Positions 40,795-54,127 of a stretch of DNA of 64,000 bases are shown piece after piece; within the stretch, counting starts at the first letter, position 1, and every line of letters begins with the position of its first letter. The position numbers were made by a program, and so were the translations under genes. The stretch is from Eledone cirrhosa (Eukaryota). The notes under the pieces were generated by a model that did not search any database, was not told the origin of the DNA, and saw only the letters and a list, made by a program, of their open reading frames with translations. The DNA is taken from the NCBI GenBank assembly GCA_964016885.1, contig OZ024742.1:331328001-331392000 (forward strand). Direction: 5' to 3'.

Positions 40795-41896
40795 TTTTTT
40801 ATATATACATATATATATATAATACATATTGTTTGGCTGACTGAGACACCTGTCTCATCACATTTTCAAATGAAATTCCCTTACGTCGCTTCCTCTTCAT
40901 TAAATTCAGTAATTTTTTGTATTTACAGAATTCAGAGTCTGTGAATTACTTGCGTGTCAGTTCTATATTGTGTGTGGAGTGAATGTGCGGGACTTAATGT
41001 TCAGTATATTCGAGTCAGACGCGTAAAATCATAAGTTCTATTTCCAGTAGCACGCATTGCCTTTTACCATGGCACTGATAATCCTGTTACTCCATTATCC
41101 CAAGCTGGTTAATGAACTAACCATATTTTTGAAGTGGTTAATTTTCTCATTGACTGTGTCATGCTGAATCCACCATTGAATTTCCTTTACGAAACTATAA
41201 TAAAAAAACCCAGCAAGTTTCCCGTTAATTGCAGATGCTGGTTGCACCCTTGATGAATTATCTTGAAAAAGTTCTACTCGGAACACACGGCAGTACAACA
41301 ACTATACGTCCGTCGCAACACCTAGCTCCTACCTCAGTTAATTTTGGCCACAATGAATCTTCACCTGAACTAAGTCAAAAGCACCGTTCCTTTTATGCTA
41401 TCTCATATATAAAGTTTGTAATTAATATATTACGAAAAGGACATTTGTTTCTGTATATGTACACCTGTAAATGTTCAAAATTAAGGTAAATCCCTTTGCC
41501 TTCTATGAGAACTTTCGAAGTGAATGAGTACGAAATAACATTATGTAACTAGATTATAAACTAAAACGAATAACATCGGCCCTCCATTGCACTTGTGGGA
41601 AAAAATCATAAGTATTGTGTGGTATATATTCCAGCGTTATTTGAACAAAACTGTGTATTGTGTCGCCACTAACTCGAAACAATTTCAGCATTTTAACCTA
41701 ATCGCATTGTGATTTGGTGGATACCCTAATGTCTCCGTCTAAAACGCGGAAAGTTGAAAACATCCGGAAGGCATACATACTTTGAGCGACTACATAACTA
41801 GATAATATACAAACGATGAAGGCTGTGCCTTTTAAACGTCGATTACCATTATATAAATATCTCAATCATTTTAGTAACAATCGTCAAAATAATATG

Positions 41897-42171
41897 TACA
41901 GCTAAACGTGTTGCCACCAGTAACACAGTTATATATGTGTTACCGCCAGTAACACAGCTATATATCTCATGTCTAGTAAAACAGTTAAATCTGATAGTTC
42001 CAGTAACAGAGCTACATGTGTAATATTTGCCAAAACTACAAAATGCGTTACCTTTAGTAACATAGCTAACTGTGTTATGTCTAATACCTGTTACATTAGA
42101 TATGGTTAATCACAGAGCTAAATGTGTTAAATTCATATCTGGCTAAATGTGTTAAATTCATATCACAGATA
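41897..42171. repeat. Degenerate ~27-29-bp minisatellite (CAGTAACACAGCTAAATGTGTTAC-like)
   Basis: Recurring AGTAACACAG / AGCTAAATGTGTT motifs. Confidence 0.65.
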
Positions 42172-42388
42172 GATTTCTTTATTTACCATAAAGGCATAAA
42201 AAGAAGGGACAAATACAAAGGGGGAGTTTACATATAATCGAGTAAAAAGGGTGTGACATGAAAATAATCGAAAATAACCTCAAAAGGGAGGGGTCGTGAT
42301 GGGGGTTGCACACACCCCCGAAAAAGTGTGCAATCCTTTGCCCGGGGAGCACATGGAGAAGGTGCTCCCCTCTCCTTTACTTCTTTAC

Positions 42389-45300
42389 CTACAGGATGGT
42401 ATACAGAGAAGGCCCATTTACACGAGCCATTCTCGCCACTATCACCCACCTTTCATAAAACTGCCTGTGGCCAAGCACCTCTCTCTCCATTCTTATCCTT
42501 CTTCCGAAGTGATATCGGAAGAAGTAGACCAGACTATGGCCAGAGAGGAAGTTGCCTGACCTCAGACCTTTCAATCGTGTCCACCAAACAACCTCTTTCA
42601 ACATGGCTATTACGCACAGAAAAACCGCCTTTGCTTCCTTTGTGAAGAGGGGAGGCGGTTTGATTGTCATCACGGACTCGGCGGTCAATTTAATCGGCGC
42701 CACCCGGGACAGCAGTCGTTCGGCGTAGCCCCACAGATCAGCCACGCCCGGACATTGCACCAATGCGTGCGCAACGGTTTCTTCGTGACGCACGCATCTA
42801 GGGCAAATCTTTTTTGAGGGATCCCTGCCCGGGCGCCCGTGTCTGTAGAGCCTCTCTCGAACGGGTAGAGCCCCCCGGTAGCACTGCCAGGCCAGTGACT
42901 TCTGGAAGTTGTCCATTGGTCCTGGGCCGAAAGTCCTACCGAACAGGCTGGCCAGTTCGTCCTCTTCCATGTCCAGCGACTCTCCAAGGGCGTCATCGCC
43001 CCTGCTAGCCACCAACCCTCTATAGAATGATGAGGTGGATTCTCCACCGATGGCCTGGCCCGCTTGCCAGAGAGCCCTGAGCGCCTGAGCACACTCAGTG
43101 TGCCAGTCTCCCAGTTTTCCGGATCTTTGCTTGACCCAGGACTGTAGCTCGGTGAGCGAGACGAGTCTCGGAAAGGCTCGTTTCACGAACGGAGCCCACA
43201 CCGGTTGACCAGTGAGGAATACCTGTAGGTGGCGTAGCCTTAATGCGTGCCTACGCATCATCAACCACGGCATCCCCAGCCCTCCTTTCGAAGGTTGTTG
43301 GCAGCAGATGGATCTTCTCACCATAGGAGGACGCTTCTTCCAAAGAAATTGGAAGAGCATGCGTTCCATGGTGGTGAGTGTTTCCTTAGGGCAAGGCACG
43401 ACAGTCAGGCGGTAGTAAGTGACGGACGCTATGTAAATGTTCGCCACCTCCGCCCGGCCTTTTAGGGACAGCTTACACTTGGCCCATTTCTGGGATAGTG
43501 CAAACACCTTGTTCGTAACCTCGTTCCAGTTCTTTTCCACCTGGAGGTCCGGTCCAAACCAGACCCCAAGCAACTTTACCGGGCCCTCCGTCCAGTGTCC
43601 GACGACACCGTCAGGAGGCACCGGTCTGCCTCTCCACGTTCCGAGTTGCAGCCCGATGGATTTTTCCCGGTTCAGTTTCGCTCCTGACAACCTTTCGTAC
43701 TCCTCCAGTAAGGTACCGATCGCCTCGATCTCCGAGTCGGTTGATACCATTACTGTTACGTCATCGGCGTAGGCCGACACCGCTTTGCTCAATCCTGGTT
43801 CCAGGGGGATACCCTGCAACAACTCCAACTTCCTCAGTAAAGGCTCGAGAGTCAATACGTACAGAAGGGAGGAGAGAGGGCACCCCTGTCGAATGGATCG
43901 TGTGATTTCGAACGGCTTCGAAAGGTAGCCGTTCACCTTGATCCTAGAACAGATGTGGTTGCTATGTAGGGCAGTGATCCAGCCTCTGAAAACAGGACCG
44001 AACCCAGCCGCCGCTAGCACCGCATCCAGGTAACCATGGTCGACCCTATCGAAGGCTTTAGACTGATCTAAGTTGATCAGGGCCCCACCGAAGCCGGGTT
44101 TGTTGCCAACCCTCTCTATGATGTATCGCCTGAGGTGGAGGTTATCGTGAATGGACCTGGATGGGATAGCACATGTGTGCGCATCTCCCACCAGGCCACC
44201 CACGACAAGCGCCAACCTCTTTGCTAACACCTTGGCCAAAATCTTTAACTCTGTGTTTAGCAGGGTTATGGGCCGAACATTATTTATATTATCCCACTTG
44301 TTCTCGTCCTTCCTCACCAGCGTGACTACGCCCTTGGCTACAGAACAAGGAATTATCCCGTTCTGCTGCCAATTGCAGTAGACCGCTTCGAGGAGTTCGG
44401 AGAAGAAGACCGGCATTGCTAAATAAAGTTCGTAAGGTATACCATCGAGACCTGGAGATTTGCGTCTGCTGCATTGGCCCAGCGCATCTCCGATCTCATC
44501 AGCCGAGATTGGTCCCTCGCAGGACTCTGCCTCTTCGTTCGAGAGACGCGGCAGGCCGTCGAGGTATGGACCGAAATCCACGCCCCCGCCCGGACCCTCG
44601 CCTCCCCCGAACAATCGGGCAAAGTGCCTTTGAAAGGCCTCGCACATCTGCTTAGGCTCCCGGATCACCCGTCCAACTTCGTCTTGCAACGACCGGATGG
44701 TGGATCGATTTCCACTCTTAGCTTCTGTCACGCGGGCCCATCCAACGGCTTTGGCCCCCTCATTACCTAGAGCACGTATTTTACTTCGAATGACGCAGCC
44801 TTCGTGCTTTGCATCGAAAAACTGGTTCAAGGCCGTCCTCGATGCCAGCACTCTGGCCACATCTTCGCTCTTGATTGCCACTTCTAATTTACCTGTTAAT
44901 TCTTTCTCGTTTCTATTCCTATCGGCAGCTAACATCTTGCTATAACTTATTGATTCTGTTCTAATCTCTCTTTTGAGAGATGCCCACCATCGGTTGTTGA
45001 CGATTGCACCCGTCAACCTCTCCTTAACTAATCTGCTAATCCGGTTTCTGTAAGTCTCTTTTGCCGGTAAAGACAAATTAAGTTTCCAGTAACCGGGACC
45101 CTGTCTATGTGTTTTCTCGAGATTGACCACGCAGGTCACTAATTTGTGATCCGTGTAGCCAACCGTGCGCATTTCTGGACAGCTTAATATGTCCCTATCC
45201 TTACTTCTAACTAAGAATCTATCTAAGTACGATCTAGATTGACCACTGTGGTTTCTCCAAGTCCAGGTAGGCACAGTTGGAAAATCTAGTCGATATCTAT

Positions 45301-45826
45301 CGACCAAGTTAAAACGGTCGAGTAACCCCTTGAGGCTGTTACACCCCCCTCTATTAGGACATGCTCCTGCATAGTCCCAACGTGCATCCAGGATGTCATT
45401 CCAGTCCCCCGCTAGAAGCAGGGAACGCGACGTTCCCAGAAAAGTCTCCAAACGCTGGAAGAAGTCGGGCCGTTCAGCTCCGAAAGGGGAGTAGACGGCG
45501 ACCAGTCTCAAGGCCGCACTTTCACTACTGCCAACGTCTAGCACCAACAAACGACCCTCCGGGTCCGAGTGCATAACCTGTACGGCAAGACCCATGTGTT
45601 TTTGCAGCAGTACGACAACCCCACCCCCACCTCCAGGTTGACAGAGAGATGCATGCACCTCAAAGTCATCGAAGGTGGGGGCCAGCTGCCGCACGACGCT
45701 GATTCGAGTCTCACAGATAACCATTACATTTATACTACATGACCTGAGGTCATTTAGAAGCTTTGCTTGCTTCCAAGTTGAGCCCAGGCCACGTGCATTC
45801 AAACATCCTACTCTTAACACATCCAT
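42389..45826 (-). CDS. LINE ORF2: APE endonuclease, reverse transcriptase, C-terminal zinc finger (1145 aa, uninterrupted)
   Basis: CLNARGL, ICET, AGDWN, SYLDRFL, TDH, YWKLN, KSPGLDG, RPITLLN, DQSKAFDRV, QGCPLS, YADD, CPRC..ETVAHALVQC. Confidence 0.96.
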   Translation of the reverse strand: MDVLRVGCLNARGLGSTWKQAKLLNDLRSCSINVMVICETRISVVRQLAPTFDDFEVHASLCQPGGGGGVVVLLQKHMGLAVQVMHSDPEGRLLVLDVGSSESAALRLVAVYSPFGAERPDFFQRLETFLGTSRSLLLAGDWNDILDARWDYAGACPNRGGCNSLKGLLDRFNLVDRYRLDFPTVPTWTWRNHSGQSRSYLDRFLVRSKDRDILSCPEMRTVGYTDHKLVTCVVNLEKTHRQGPGYWKLNLSLPAKETYRNRISRLVKERLTGAIVNNRWWASLKREIRTESISYSKMLAADRNRNEKELTGKLEVAIKSEDVARVLASRTALNQFFDAKHEGCVIRSKIRALGNEGAKAVGWARVTEAKSGNRSTIRSLQDEVGRVIREPKQMCEAFQRHFARLFGGGEGPGGGVDFGPYLDGLPRLSNEEAESCEGPISADEIGDALGQCSRRKSPGLDGIPYELYLAMPVFFSELLEAVYCNWQQNGIIPCSVAKGVVTLVRKDENKWDNINNVRPITLLNTELKILAKVLAKRLALVVGGLVGDAHTCAIPSRSIHDNLHLRRYIIERVGNKPGFGGALINLDQSKAFDRVDHGYLDAVLAAAGFGPVFRGWITALHSNHICSRIKVNGYLSKPFEITRSIRQGCPLSSLLYVLTLEPLLRKLELLQGIPLEPGLSKAVSAYADDVTVMVSTDSEIEAIGTLLEEYERLSGAKLNREKSIGLQLGTWRGRPVPPDGVVGHWTEGPVKLLGVWFGPDLQVEKNWNEVTNKVFALSQKWAKCKLSLKGRAEVANIYIASVTYYRLTVVPCPKETLTTMERMLFQFLWKKRPPMVRRSICCQQPSKGGLGMPWLMMRRHALRLRHLQVFLTGQPVWAPFVKRAFPRLVSLTELQSWVKQRSGKLGDWHTECAQALRALWQAGQAIGGESTSSFYRGLVASRGDDALGESLDMEEDELASLFGRTFGPGPMDNFQKSLAWQCYRGALPVRERLYRHGRPGRDPSKKICPRCVRHEETVAHALVQCPGVADLWGYAERLLSRVAPIKLTAESVMTIKPPPLFTKEAKAVFLCVIAMLKEVVWWTRLKGLRSGNFLSGHSLVYFFRYHFGRRIRMEREVLGHRQFYERWVIVARMARVNGPSLYTIL

Positions 45827-45859
45827 GTGGGCGGCAGAGCCAAAGGAGAGTGTAGAGAC

Positions 45860-47762
45860 CTACCTTTCCGCTTCCCGGGGTTCGGGTTGCACGACTTCCA
45901 TGGGGTCGAGGGTGTTGTGTGAAGGGGTGTCTTGTGGTGGTGTGGGGTCGTCAGTGTGTGGTGGGGTTGGGGTGTTTGGAGTTGTGTTGGGGAGGGGAAG
46001 GGGAGGGGGAAAGCTTTTTAGTAGGACGTGGTTTATGGGTTTGACAGAGGGTGGTCCTATGTCCTCCTTAATATCCTTTTTTAGTTTTTGGTAGAGGTTC
46101 ATTGGGATTTTATTAGTCTTAAATGTGGGTAGTTTTCTGACGAGACAAAGTTTACACCTTCGGTTTGTACCGAAGGATTATTGTATATGAGCTCATTTAA
46201 TTTATTATTGTTTCTGTTGATGTAAGTATAGTGTAATGTCTTTTTTTCCGATGGTGTGAGTGTTTCGAAGAGGGGGGGGGGCAGGTTTGGTTTTATTTGT
46301 TGCTGGAGGGGTGTTTTCTGTTTTGTTGGATTGTGTTGAGATTTGGGTGGGGGTTGTTTGTCCTTGTGTGTTTTGCACATGTTTTCTTTTTTTCTTTTTA
46401 ATCTGTCTGAAGGACTCCGTTTCTTCCTCCGAATTCGTTGGGTTATCTTCAGTGTTGGAGGGAAGAGGTATGTTTGCTGGTAATGTTTCCGTGTTGGTTT
46501 TCTTTGTGGGGGAGATGGATGTCACTATGTTAGACTGTGTTGTGTGTTGTGTCTGCGGTGGTTGTGTTGTTTTATTGAGTGAGAGGTTGGGTGGGCCTGT
46601 ATTTTGTTTTGGGGTAATGTGTTGTGACTGTTTGTGTTGTGGTGGTGTTGTGGTTTTACTGAGGGACGGGTTGGGTGGGACTGAGTTTTGTTGTTTGTTT
46701 ATCTGTTGTGGTGGTGGTGGTGGAGCTGGTTTTGGTAGCAGGGTTTTCTTTTTGTTGAGTTGGGGACAAGCGGCCTTCAGGTGCCCTCTGCCTGCACAGA
46801 TATGGCAGGACGGCCTTCTCCCCTCCACGCTAATGTTTATATACCCGTGGTCCTCTAATAGGATTCTGTCGGGTATTTGGGCGATGCGTTCAGGCTTCAT
46901 TTGTACTACCATTTCTATACCTGTTCCACTGAACGCATTGCCTGTGGTTTTCCCAATGGAAATCACGTTGTCATTCACTGGATCGATGAAGCCAGCTATG
47001 AGCCAGCAGTAGTCCACATCTGGCATCATTGCATCCAGCCATATGCGTTGAGTTCTTTTCCCCATATAAGATGGATAAAAGGTGAAACTTTTCGAACGAA
47101 TCGGTGACAAAGCACATTTTTTTTGCCGCCGATTCGTTCTTCATGATAATTGCTAGGCTTCCATACAGTCTGTCTTTTCTTATGAAAGTGGTTTCATTAA
47201 GTACTTCTGTGAGTACTGTTTTGATATCTGCTTGAGAAGGCTGTTCAGGTTTTTTTGTACTGTTGTTGATGGTCCGAAACTTGACCGTTCGGCTTTCAAT
47301 CTCTTTCGTGAATTCTTGAGGCATTTTTACCGATAAAATACCATTCTCTCCTTCACTTATGTATTGTTTGGCGTCCGTGATCCTTCGTACCACATCTGAA
47401 ATGTTTTCCGCTATATAAGTCAAAGATTTCTTTGTTTTCTGTGCAAATGAAATCTTGTCGTCTGCTTTGTTTTCTGATATGGTGTTATTTTCAACTGTTA
47501 TTTTTGTGTTTGTTGTGTCTTTGTTTGTGCTATTAGTATTGTCATGCAATTTTTCAATTTTTTTTTTTTCGTTGTTGGAATCCAAGTCCAGATTTGTGTT
47601 TTCGTCATTTAATTTTTTCTCCGCAGATTCGTCTGTTTTTATTTTAATTGTTCCTTCCTTCTCTATGACGTTAGTTGGGAAGGAAGGGAGGACTAAAGCG
47701 TGCGAGCTTACAACTCTTACCGCTGTCCCCCCACCACTATTTTCGTTCGCTGCGTTTAACAT
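45860..47762 (-). pseudogene. LINE ORF1 (gag-like, CCHC zinc knuckle), split by about 3 frameshifts
   Basis: Overlapping ORFs 46971-47762, 46205-47110, 46099-46380 and 45860-46102; CHICAGRGHLKAAC knuckle followed by a Pro/Thr/Gln-rich region. Confidence 0.85.
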
Positions 47763-49116
47763 TTCTGTTAGACGATTGAAATTTTTTACACAAAATTTTT
47801 TAAAACAGGTTTTTCACCTCTAGGAGGGGTAAAGATGAGTTGACCCACCGCCTGACAGTTCAGACGGAGGGTCAAGCTACACAATTGTATCAAAATTAAG
47901 TTTGAACTCACAAAATTTCCTCAATAAATTTGAACAAAACTTCTGTGCGAAGTGAATGACATCCACACTGTAGAACAGACGACAGCTAGATTAGATTCAT
48001 ATCACAGATAATGTGTTAATACTTGTCCAGCCAGTAAAGTGCTTATGTTATTTCAGACTTCCTCTTCCAATGAGTCATCAAGATACTCTGCGACCTATTG
48101 TGCATCTTGCTAGGCATAACAACAAAATCTATCTCGAATTGCACACTGCAGTCTAATAAATGTATATCATAATCGATACACTATGCCCTGAAAACGATGA
48201 AATGGACACGGTTCGATATGAATTTTATTACTAGTATATTTGAATTGAGTGGAAAGTCTGCGTGAATTATTATTTGGTGAGTTCGATTCCAGGCAGCGAC
48301 TGATAATATGTTTCCTATGAATCCAGTCCACTCACCCCAAAAGCATGCGTTTTTTATGTGATCAAACGTCCAAATACATTACACACCGTCTCACATTTAA
48401 TCTCCCTGGGACCTATCAACCATATACATGTTAATGGGAAAACGGCAACATTCGAATTCTGAAGCAATGGGGCTCCCATACACACACGTTTTATTTAAAC
48501 TAACATGGCTCTATGCATCCACAAGAAAACTACATTCAATGAAAACGACAAAGTAGCTGCGATGCTGAGTGTAAGACTTCTGGAAATAACAAGCAAATCT
48601 TTTGCAAATCACTTCTTAACATTTTTAAAGAATAAGGTTACGCTATGAAATGAAAGGCTAGTACATATATGGTAAAAGAATACTAGAAAAGCCACGACTG
48701 GAAAATTAAAATGCTCTACATCATACTTTTGTGCAGTGAGCATACTTTCATTTCGAGAAGCTATAATCATTGTTTTCACTAACGTGCATTCAGATATTTA
48801 ATCAACTGAAAGACAGCCTCGTGTATTAAGTGGCTACGTATTCTACAGACCCTTTCACCCTTAATATAATTCACAAGCGAAATCAGCATGCCACATTAGG
48901 TGACATTGCTGGACTTTTGGATTAGAGGTGCACTCAATATCACCGGCATGAACACCGTTTTCGTCTACGCCATACCTCTCAGAGATTAGGTAGTTTCAAA
49001 ATTATGGCAGAGATATTTGTCCTAGATTGCATGCAGTGGGATCTAATATTGATTCTAGTGTTTGCGAAGTGAAATTATTCACCACTTAAAATTATTTCCA
49101 ACACATTTTTCTAACA

Positions 49117-49220
49117 GAGTAGACCAGTGCAACGGGAAATAAAGAGTTTTGCTCAACGACACAACTCACTGTCTCACGATCGTGAACCGAACACCGTAAC
49201 TACAACGCCACGTGCCTTCC
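49117..49220 (-). mobile_element. SINE fragment (family of 20818)
   Basis: Reverse complement GTGTCGTTGAGCAAAACTCTTTATTTCCCGTTGCAC. Confidence 0.6.
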
Positions 49221-49619
49221 CATCTAACTATATGATATTCAAAATATATAGCGAAATAAACAGCATTGATTTATAAGGTTATGTACATACGTCAAACATA
49301 CCCACTCTTATTAGATTTCGAAAGAAAGAAATTCCTCATATTCGGTTCACAATCGCAGCATTGTTTTTGAATTCCTTCATTTAAGCATTCATATATTTGA
49401 AGTTACTTGGAGCAATAAACTAGTATTTCTCCCTTGGTAAAGGGTAAAGGAAAGGAAAAAGAAGTAGACAGTAAAGAACAGCAATCAATAAAGATTTTCC
49501 TCATATATACACAATCAAAAAGAAGCATGAATACGCGAAGTTGCAAGCATACACTTAAATATATACACACATACATACACACGTATAAAATGTATAGGTA
49601 TATAAATACGTATATAAAA

Positions 49620-49653
<34 letters not shown>

Positions 49654-49856
49654 TTTTATTATATATAGTAAAAGAGGGAAGAATAACATGGTCAACAGTA
49701 CATATTTGTACATATATATATATATATAAATAGATATATATGTATATATATAAACATTTAGTCTCAAGTGTCTTGTGTGCCCTCTGGTTACTAATGCAAA
49801 TTATTCTTTATCTGGTGAATTTCAAGGGACACCATTCAGGACGCCAAACACACACA

Positions 49857-49946
<90 letters not shown>

Positions 49947-49965
49947 CTACTCTTCTTTCGTTAAC

Positions 49966-50007
<42 letters not shown>

Positions 50008-50609
50008 TTAAAAAAGGAAAATACGAATAAACGAATAAAATATATTTTTCTTACAAAACATCAGTGAAAAGAAAAGCAAACACGGGAGATTTTCAAATGA
50101 ATCCGTCCTCTATCTCATTGAGTGTTCCAATTGATTCTGTTAAAAATGTATTTTGAGGTACAGCTGTAGTAGTATGATGAATCGAACAATGCTCTGCTCA
50201 AGGCTATATTTTGAAGGAGGACCGATACTTCTCTTAGAAATACTATTTCTGAATGCTCAAATTATGAATAAAAATCTAAATATTAATAATAAAAATAGCA
50301 AAAAGGAAGTTATTTCAAATATATGTTATATTTTGTTTCACGAAGTATAAAAAGAGAAGGAAGACGTGTTTCAATCACGTTGAAATAAATACATGATGTA
50401 CAGAAATTTCAATATATATTATATGATGCAGGTGGGTATAATTTTACGTGGGAGATGTCTATATTTTAAGATACTTCAACTATTAAAACTACCACTATTG
50501 TTACTGCTGCTACTGCTTAATACAACAACGTATCACGGTTCTCAACGAAGGAGGCAGAGGAGGGGTGAACTACTTAGCTCTGCCAATAAAAATGCTAGAC
50601 GAATTAAAC

Positions 50610-51510
50610 CATTGAATGTGGGAAATGATTCAGTGATTGACTAATTAACCTATTAGTTCAATTCGCACTTGTTAAATTGCTCACATGTTTCCTAGTTGCT
50701 GTCTACTACTACTGGCTCTGACTCCGAATTAAAAACATCTGGAGACACCTTAGCCATGTAGTGATGCCAATGCTAAGACTTGAACAAGTTGAATGCGCCA
50801 GAAAGATTCTCATCCAACTCTGTACTGATCACCGAGATAAAGGCGCTGGCAAATTGTTCACTCTGATGATGGTGCTTGATATTGTTAATGTAGTTGGAAC
50901 CCTTCTATATCGAAGACTATGTCAGTTAGTTATATCACCTCTCCCTCTTCCCCATATATTGGTTTTCTAGACTTTCCTGTTGAGAATGGAAATCTAGTAG
51001 CAGTAAATACGTGTATGAGTATTCAGATATAATCATTGTAGTAGTATCGAACATTTCTGACTAGCGGCAGTCGACTCCAGTCTAGAATGTTGCCATTATG
51101 TTACTTGGGTTTGCAATAACCCAGAAAATTCAGTGAAACTGCAATTCGGCACGTGCAGAATCAATAGTATGCCAGACAGTGGAAATATCTGCATCTGAAC
51201 TGATGGTCCCTTCAAATTACGTGGTGTCTGGTTTTGCCCAGACCACGTCTAAATAGACAAGAAATGGATGGATGTCACAAATATCTCAAAGAGACATGGG
51301 CAAAAAGAAAGCTTTCCCTCAAATGTTAGGCGGAGGCCGTCAATACCTACCTACATTACTTCGATGGTACCCTACTGCCTGACTTCTGTAGCATGGCAAC
51401 AGAAGCAACTGACCTGACCGGAACATGTATTTTTCAAATAGTGTCGAAGAGACAAATCCCGCCATCACAAAGTCAATCTAGTACCAAAATACGCATCATG
51501 GTGGGTCCAG
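50610..51510 (+). pseudogene. Highly decayed L1/Tx1 RT fragment related to the 42-48 kb element
   Basis: ~51200-51330 reads TDGPFKLRGVWFCPD..IDKKWMDVTN..WAKRKLSL, versus TEGPVKLLGVWFGPDLQVEKNWNEVTN..WAKCKLSL in ORF2. Confidence 0.7.
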
Positions 51511-51539
51511 GTTTGCATCACTAGTTATAGGTATATGCG

Positions 51540-53330
51540 CACTACTACTAATTTTTTTACTATTTCTCTTCACCTACATCTTTATCTAATATTATTTCTG
51601 TTAATGAATGCGGCTTTGTGTTGGGGTTTCTCTCTAATCCGATACTGATATCTGCAATTTATAGCTAATAGTTTTTTCATAATATTTATATATGTGCAAA
51701 AATATTCCTCTTTAAAGTGAGATAATGTTTTTTTTTTACAAATCGTGCATTAGTTATCTCTAAACCTTTTAGATTTTACATATATTTTGCATATCTAATG
51801 TCTTCATGATATACGTGGGCGGAACTCTCTAACCTGATTTGTGATTATTAATCCATGCCATGCTCAATCTCTGATTTCTCTGTCTGCAGTATTATGTTAT
51901 TATTTTACCGATAATTAATTCAACTTTACATGCACTATAACGTTTCGAGGCTTCAATTCCCTTCTAAAGAAAGGGCTTATTCAGCCATGTATTTAGTAAT
52001 TATCTACGATATTATTGCAGTTCATGATTTGTAAGTTAATAGGAAGACATATTGTGTGTTTGTGGTTTTGTAGTCAAATATTTTAAAATGTATTTTCGCT
52101 TGGTGAAGAAGTAATTGACTAAAACTTCATATATCTTTATCAAATTTATTATTATAAATTTATTATACACTTATGCTCTGGTTCTTAGTTTATGATTGTT
52201 TGATTCTGGACTATTTTGATGGTAGTTACAACGATTCTTCAAATATTAAGGTCGTTATGTTGAACTATATTATCTATGGTGAATCATGTGACCACTCTAC
52301 CATCCTTATAATGTTCTACTGCTCTTGTTCGTGTTGCATTGAATCCTATGTTTTCAACTAACTATTGATGAAATCGACGGGGGTTGAGGTGGAACTATTT
52401 GATTCGTTTGAAAGAATCTGTCGTTTTTCATCTTCGTTTTTTTTTTTTACTATTTAACAAGTACCTCTTTTTTCAAACGTCCTTGGATTATTTTTCGGTG
52501 TCAATTCTCCTCCCTAGAATCTCACTAATTCACTAATTCTTTTTTTCTGTAAAGCGCTGCATTATTTTCCTTTTTTTTTTTATGTTCACCTGATTGATAA
52601 TGTAGTTTTCGGTAGCGTGATTTGTAAGTTTTGTTCAAAAAATCTTAATCCCTTTTCATACCCATGGATTCTTTTTGATTTAGCAGGTATTTCTTGATTT
52701 AATAATATATGTTTTATTATATTGGATATATTCTCCATTTTTAGATGTTATCATTATTATGTTGTTTGAAGAAATATCATCCGCAAAAAATATCGTTTAG
52801 ATTTCCACCCACGAAAAGGAATATTCAAATTTCAATAAACTACTTGAGAAGAAGAAGGAGAAGGAGAAGAAGAAGAAGAAGAAGAAGAAGAAGATAATTG
52901 TTTCATTTGTTTTGAAAGTGTTGTGTTTGTTGTGTGTGCGGTGTCATCATTTTCTGTTTTGGCTGTGTGTGATGTGGCGTTATTTTTGTGTGCCCAATTT
53001 ACTCTTTTTCTGCTTTGGACTTTGTCTCGACTTCGCTACTGAAAGATAAGGTGTCGTTTTCGTGTCAATATGTGTATTTTTTTTTAAGTGCGTGTGTGTG
53101 TGGGGGGGGGGGGGTCTAGCAATGGCGTTCTTTCGTCGCTGAAGAAACAGTGCGGACTTTTGCCCTTGGACATTGCATATAGTGCCGTCCCATATTGGAG
53201 GTGGATTTCATCGAGAATTCTTCTCCAAGTCAAAAAGGGAGAAGTCCTCCTTAGCTGTTCTGGTCGCCTCGATGGAGACGGCATCTGTCACCTCCACAAT
53301 CATGCATCCGCAGCTCTGACAAACCCAACT
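51540..53330 (-). pseudogene. Possible decayed L1/Tx1 ORF1 / 5' region
   Basis: A-rich minus strand with weak similarity to ORF1 (VREFRP versus VEGRRP; LQITLPK versus LSVKMPQ). Confidence 0.35.
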
Positions 53331-53889
53331 GTTCATGACCCAATTTGGAAATCAAATTTGAATTTTTTTAATTGTGTCCTGTTCGTTGGTATTCGGGCTT
53401 TCCTGCAAACATTAATTTCTATTTATTGATTGCATGCTATTTCAATTCTCATCACACATACACATCTATATATGAAAACACACACACACAGACACACACA
53501 TACACACACACACACACACACACCCACACACACACAAACACACAACTATATATATATGTATATATATATGTAATATATATATATAAAAGAATAGATTGAA
53601 ATAAAATTATTTCAGCCTTTCATAACTTAAATAGCACAAAATCTATATTATAGAATAAAATCTATAATTGTTGAGCTTCATTCTTTCAAAATATATATTT
53701 AGGTGTCAAAAGTGACAATATATTAAAAGTAAGCATTACAAGCAAAGTATATATATTTTAAAATTAGAATATTATTTCACCCAAAAATTCGTGCTTATAC
53801 GGCGGTTTCTTTTCGGCAAAGAAATAGATATTAATGAAGATAATTAATTATAATTAAAACGCTGTAAACTCATCAGTAAGTGATGTGTG

Positions 53890-54127
<238 letters not shown>

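Larger units (their letters stand above)
42172..47994 (-). mobile_element. Full-length L1/Tx1-type LINE with target-site duplication
   Basis: ATTCATATCACAGATA at 42156-42171 and 47995-48010; ORF1 + ORF2; AATAAA at the 3' end. Confidence 0.92.

Noticed and set aside
39039-40827. Long ORFs of YIYI/HIYI type (also many elsewhere)
   Set aside because: Translations of (TA)n microsatellites, which lack stop codons; not genes
41095-41340. Faint transposase-like words on the minus strand (CDG..., QWWIQH..NE)
   Set aside because: Too weak and in inconsistent frames to call without an HMM search
46260-47012. 250-aa plus-strand ORF and other antisense ORFs in the LINE
   Set aside because: Shadow frames of low-complexity ORF1/ORF2 sequence
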